A stretch of 24,000 nucleotides of DNA, from contig OZ245369.1 of NCBI GenBank assembly GCA_965226635.1, positions 972,972-996,971 of the forward strand, in the 5' to 3' direction. Every line of letters begins with the position of its first letter. The stretch's first letter is position 1. Position numbers and translations under genes: made by a program. Of this stretch, positions 22,006 to 24,000 are shown in pieces. Below the pieces are notes generated by a model, which did not search any database, was not told where the DNA came from, and saw only the letters and a program-made list of their open reading frames with translations. Origin of the DNA: Desulfobacteraceae bacterium. GTDB taxonomy: Bacteria; Desulfobacterota; Desulfobacteria; Desulfobacterales; Desulfobacteraceae.

Positions 22006-22908
22006 ATGGAACAAGGACGCAACATGATTATCAGCATTGCAAGCGGCAAAGGCGGCACCGGTAAGACCACAGTGGCCGCCAACCTCATCACCGCCCTCCA
22101 GGGAAACGTCACCCTGCTGGACTGCGATGTGGAAGAGCCCAATGCCCATCTCTTTTTAAATCCGAACCTGACCGGAACGGAAAAGGTCATTGCCCCGGTG
22201 CCCGAGATTGACCAGGACAAGTGCAACCATTGCAAAAAATGCATGGACCTGTGCCAGTTCAACGCCATCGCCGTCATGGGCAAGACCGTTGTCACCTTTC
22301 CCGAACTCTGCCATTCCTGCGGGGGATGCAAGGTCATCTGCCCCGAAGACGCCATTACCGAAAAGGAACGGGTTCTGGGGCACATTGAAACCGGCACGGT
22401 GGACGCCGCCAAACTGGGAGCCCCGGACCAGGGCGAGATCAAATTCGCCCACGGCAGGCTCGACATCGGACAGGTCATGGTACCGCCCATTATCAAACAG
22501 GTAAAAACCCATGCCGACCCGGATGGGCTCACCCTCATTGATGCGCCTCCGGGCACCTCATGCCCTGTGATCGCCGCCATGAAGGACACGGATTTTGTCC
22601 TTTTGGTCACCGAGCCCACGCCCTTTGGCCTCCACGATCTGACCCTGGCCGTGGAAGCCGTGCGTCTCATGGGACTGCCCCACGGCCTTGTCATCAATAG
22701 GGCCGGCATGGGCAACGACGATGTCAAAACCTATGCACGGTCAAACAAGGTTCCCATTCTCATGGAAATCCCCTTTGACAAACGCATTGCCCAGGCATAC
22801 TCACGGGGGGAACTCATTGTTTCCTGCCTGCCCGAGTACCGGGAAAAGTTTGTCAGGCTCCATGCCGATATACAGCAGCTTGTTGAAGAGGGGAGGAACG
22901 CCCAATGA
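22006..22908 (+). CDS. MinD/Mrp-like P-loop ATPase with an inserted 2x[4Fe-4S] ferredoxin module
   Basis: Deviant Walker A SGKGGTGKTT. CNHCKKCMDLCQ and CHSCGGCKVICP clusters are inserted after the P-loop. Then IDAPPGTSCPV and LVTEPT. An alternative start is the ATG at 22024. Confidence 0.85.
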   Translation: MEQGRNMIISIASGKGGTGKTTVAANLITALQGNVTLLDCDVEEPNAHLFLNPNLTGTEKVIAPVPEIDQDKCNHCKKCMDLCQFNAIAVMGKTVVTFPELCHSCGGCKVICPEDAITEKERVLGHIETGTVDAAKLGAPDQGEIKFAHGRLDIGQVMVPPIIKQVKTHADPDGLTLIDAPPGTSCPVIAAMKDTDFVLLVTEPTPFGLHDLTLAVEAVRLMGLPHGLVINRAGMGNDDVKTYARSNKVPILMEIPFDKRIAQAYSRGELIVSCLPEYREKFVRLHADIQQLVEEGRNAQ

Positions 22909-23807
22909 AAGAACTTGTTATCCTCAGCGGAAAGGGCGGAACCGGTAAAACCAGCATCACAGCCTCCTTTGCCACCATGGCCAAAAACGCCATTCTCTGT
23001 GATGCCGATGTGGACGCCTCGGACCTCCACCTGGTCACGGCGCCGGACATTCAGGAAACCCATGATTTTAAAGGCGGCAACGAGGCCCGGATTGATCCCG
23101 ACCTCTGCATGGCCTGCGGCCTCTGCCAGAGCCTGTGCCGGTTCAACGGCATCAAGGATCCGGAAACCCAGGACGGCCCCTATTCCATCGACGGCCTCAA
23201 CTGCGAAGGCTGCGGGGTCTGTGTGACCCTCTGCCCGGTCCAGGCCATTGAATTTCCCCAGAAGGTCTGCGGCCAGTGGTTCTCCTCACAGACCCGGTTC
23301 GGACCCATGGTCCATGCCCGGTTGGGCATTGCCGAAGAAAACTCCGGTCGCCTGGTTACCCTGGTGCGGGAACAGGCCAAAAAACGGGCCCGGGATCAAT
23401 ACAAGGAGCTCATCCTCACCGACGGCCCTCCCGGCATCGGTTGCCCAGTCATCGCCAGCATCGGCCAGGCCAACGCCATCCTCATCGTGGCCGAACCCAC
23501 GGTATCGGGCATCCATGACATGGAACGGGTGGCCAAACTGGCAGCCCATTTCAAGATCCCGGCCATGGTCTGCATCAATAAACACGATCTGAACCCGGAA
23601 CAGAGCACCACCATTGAAGGGCTGGCCCGGACCCACCAGATTGAGTTCATGGGCAAGGTTCCCTTTGATCCGGAATTTACCCAGGCCATGATCCAGGGCA
23701 AATCCGTGATGGAGACCGCCCCGGACAGCCAGGCCGCAGCAGCGGTGAAACAGATATGGGACCGGGTGATGGCCCATCCGGCCATGACCGTTGAGCGGAT
23801 CATGTAG
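22905..23807 (+). CDS. MinD/Mrp-like P-loop ATPase with an inserted 2x[4Fe-4S] ferredoxin module (paralogue)
   Basis: ATGA start/stop overlap with the preceding gene. SGKGGTGKTS, CMACGLCQSLCR, CEGCGVCVTLCP, TDGPPGIGCPV and IVAEPT. Both proteins are 300 aa. Confidence 0.85.
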   Translation: MKELVILSGKGGTGKTSITASFATMAKNAILCDADVDASDLHLVTAPDIQETHDFKGGNEARIDPDLCMACGLCQSLCRFNGIKDPETQDGPYSIDGLNCEGCGVCVTLCPVQAIEFPQKVCGQWFSSQTRFGPMVHARLGIAEENSGRLVTLVREQAKKRARDQYKELILTDGPPGIGCPVIASIGQANAILIVAEPTVSGIHDMERVAKLAAHFKIPAMVCINKHDLNPEQSTTIEGLARTHQIEFMGKVPFDPEFTQAMIQGKSVMETAPDSQAAAAVKQIWDRVMAHPAMTVERIM

Positions 23808-23877
23808 GGTCCGTAACCCAGCAAGATAAAACATAATTTAAAGACAGTATTTAATTTCAATACAAGGAGCAGACCCC

Positions 23878-24000
23878 ATGCAAAACGGAAGAATCGCAGT
23901 CCCCTCCAATGGAGAAGGCGGACTGGAAGGTACCCGGTCCGGCCATTTCGGACATTGTGACGTATTCACCTTTGTGGACGTAAAAGACGGCAAGATCGAA
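23878..24000 (+). CDS. NifX/NifB-C-terminal-like (dinitrogenase FeMo-cofactor-binding fold) small protein; the 3' end lies outside the window
   Basis: ATG at 23878 after AAGGAG (23864-23869). MQNGRIAVPSNGEGGLEGTRSGHFGHCDVFTFVDVKDGKI matches the typical N-terminus (..A.P......L.....HFG....F.....) of this family. Confidence 0.75.
   Translation, partial: MQNGRIAVPSNGEGGLEGTRSGHFGHCDVFTFVDVKDGKIE

Noticed and set aside
1-24000. CRISPR arrays, tRNA, rRNA and tmRNA genes
   Set aside because: No regularly spaced repeat array was seen: the only tandem repeat is the 2 x 16 bp at 9691-9722. I saw no tRNA-like T-arm/acceptor patterns or rRNA-like segments while reading the intergenic regions.

Overview
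This is a high-GC, gene-dense bacterial chromosomal window. Its gene content suggests an anaerobic Desulfobacterota-type (sulfate-reducer-like) genome, but that taxon call is inference only.

Main blocks, in order:
- **1-204:** a TOBE-domain gene tail.
- **337-2663:** a RibD_C/DHFR-like gene, then a divergent DUF5320-DUF134 pair facing a DUF89 gene.
- **2878-6810, minus strand:** a run of mltA, rmuC, moaC, a moaE-like gene and mobA.
- **6953-8404:** a tightly coupled pyrR, moaB and hypothetical operon.
- **8568-9589:** a low-GC insertion-sequence graveyard with nested IS4-like, IS21 istB and IS200 tnpA fragments.
- **9828-15838:** housekeeping and accessory genes: HAD-like phosphatase, ychF, alpha/beta hydrolase, MBL hydrolase, yhbY, YkgJ-type Cys-cluster protein, copZ-like gene and an HD-GYP protein.
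- **16087-17885:** an arsR-hgcA-hgcB mercury-methylation operon.
- **18069-19526:** a convergent polytopic membrane permease.
- **20064-21311:** a DAHP synthase gene preceded by an aromatic-rich leader peptide and a terminator.
- **21519-24000:** a canonical sigma-54 promoter driving a pseudo-receiver gene, two MinD-like ATPases with inserted 2x[4Fe-4S] ferredoxin modules, and a NifX/NifB-like gene that runs off the window.

Most notable observations:
1. hgcB has an in-frame TGA exactly where the family has a conserved functional Cys. A SECIS-like hairpin with a GGUC loop follows it, and the continued frame ends in the family-typical CC tail. This points to a selenocysteine-containing HgcB.
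2. A Phe/Tyr/Trp-rich leader-peptide attenuator sits upstream of DAHP synthase.
3. A complete UAS / IHF-like / sigma-54 architecture sits upstream of the uncharacterised ATPase-ferredoxin/NifX-like cluster.

I found no rRNA, tRNA or CRISPR array. All homology statements come from reading the translations from memory; no searches were run.
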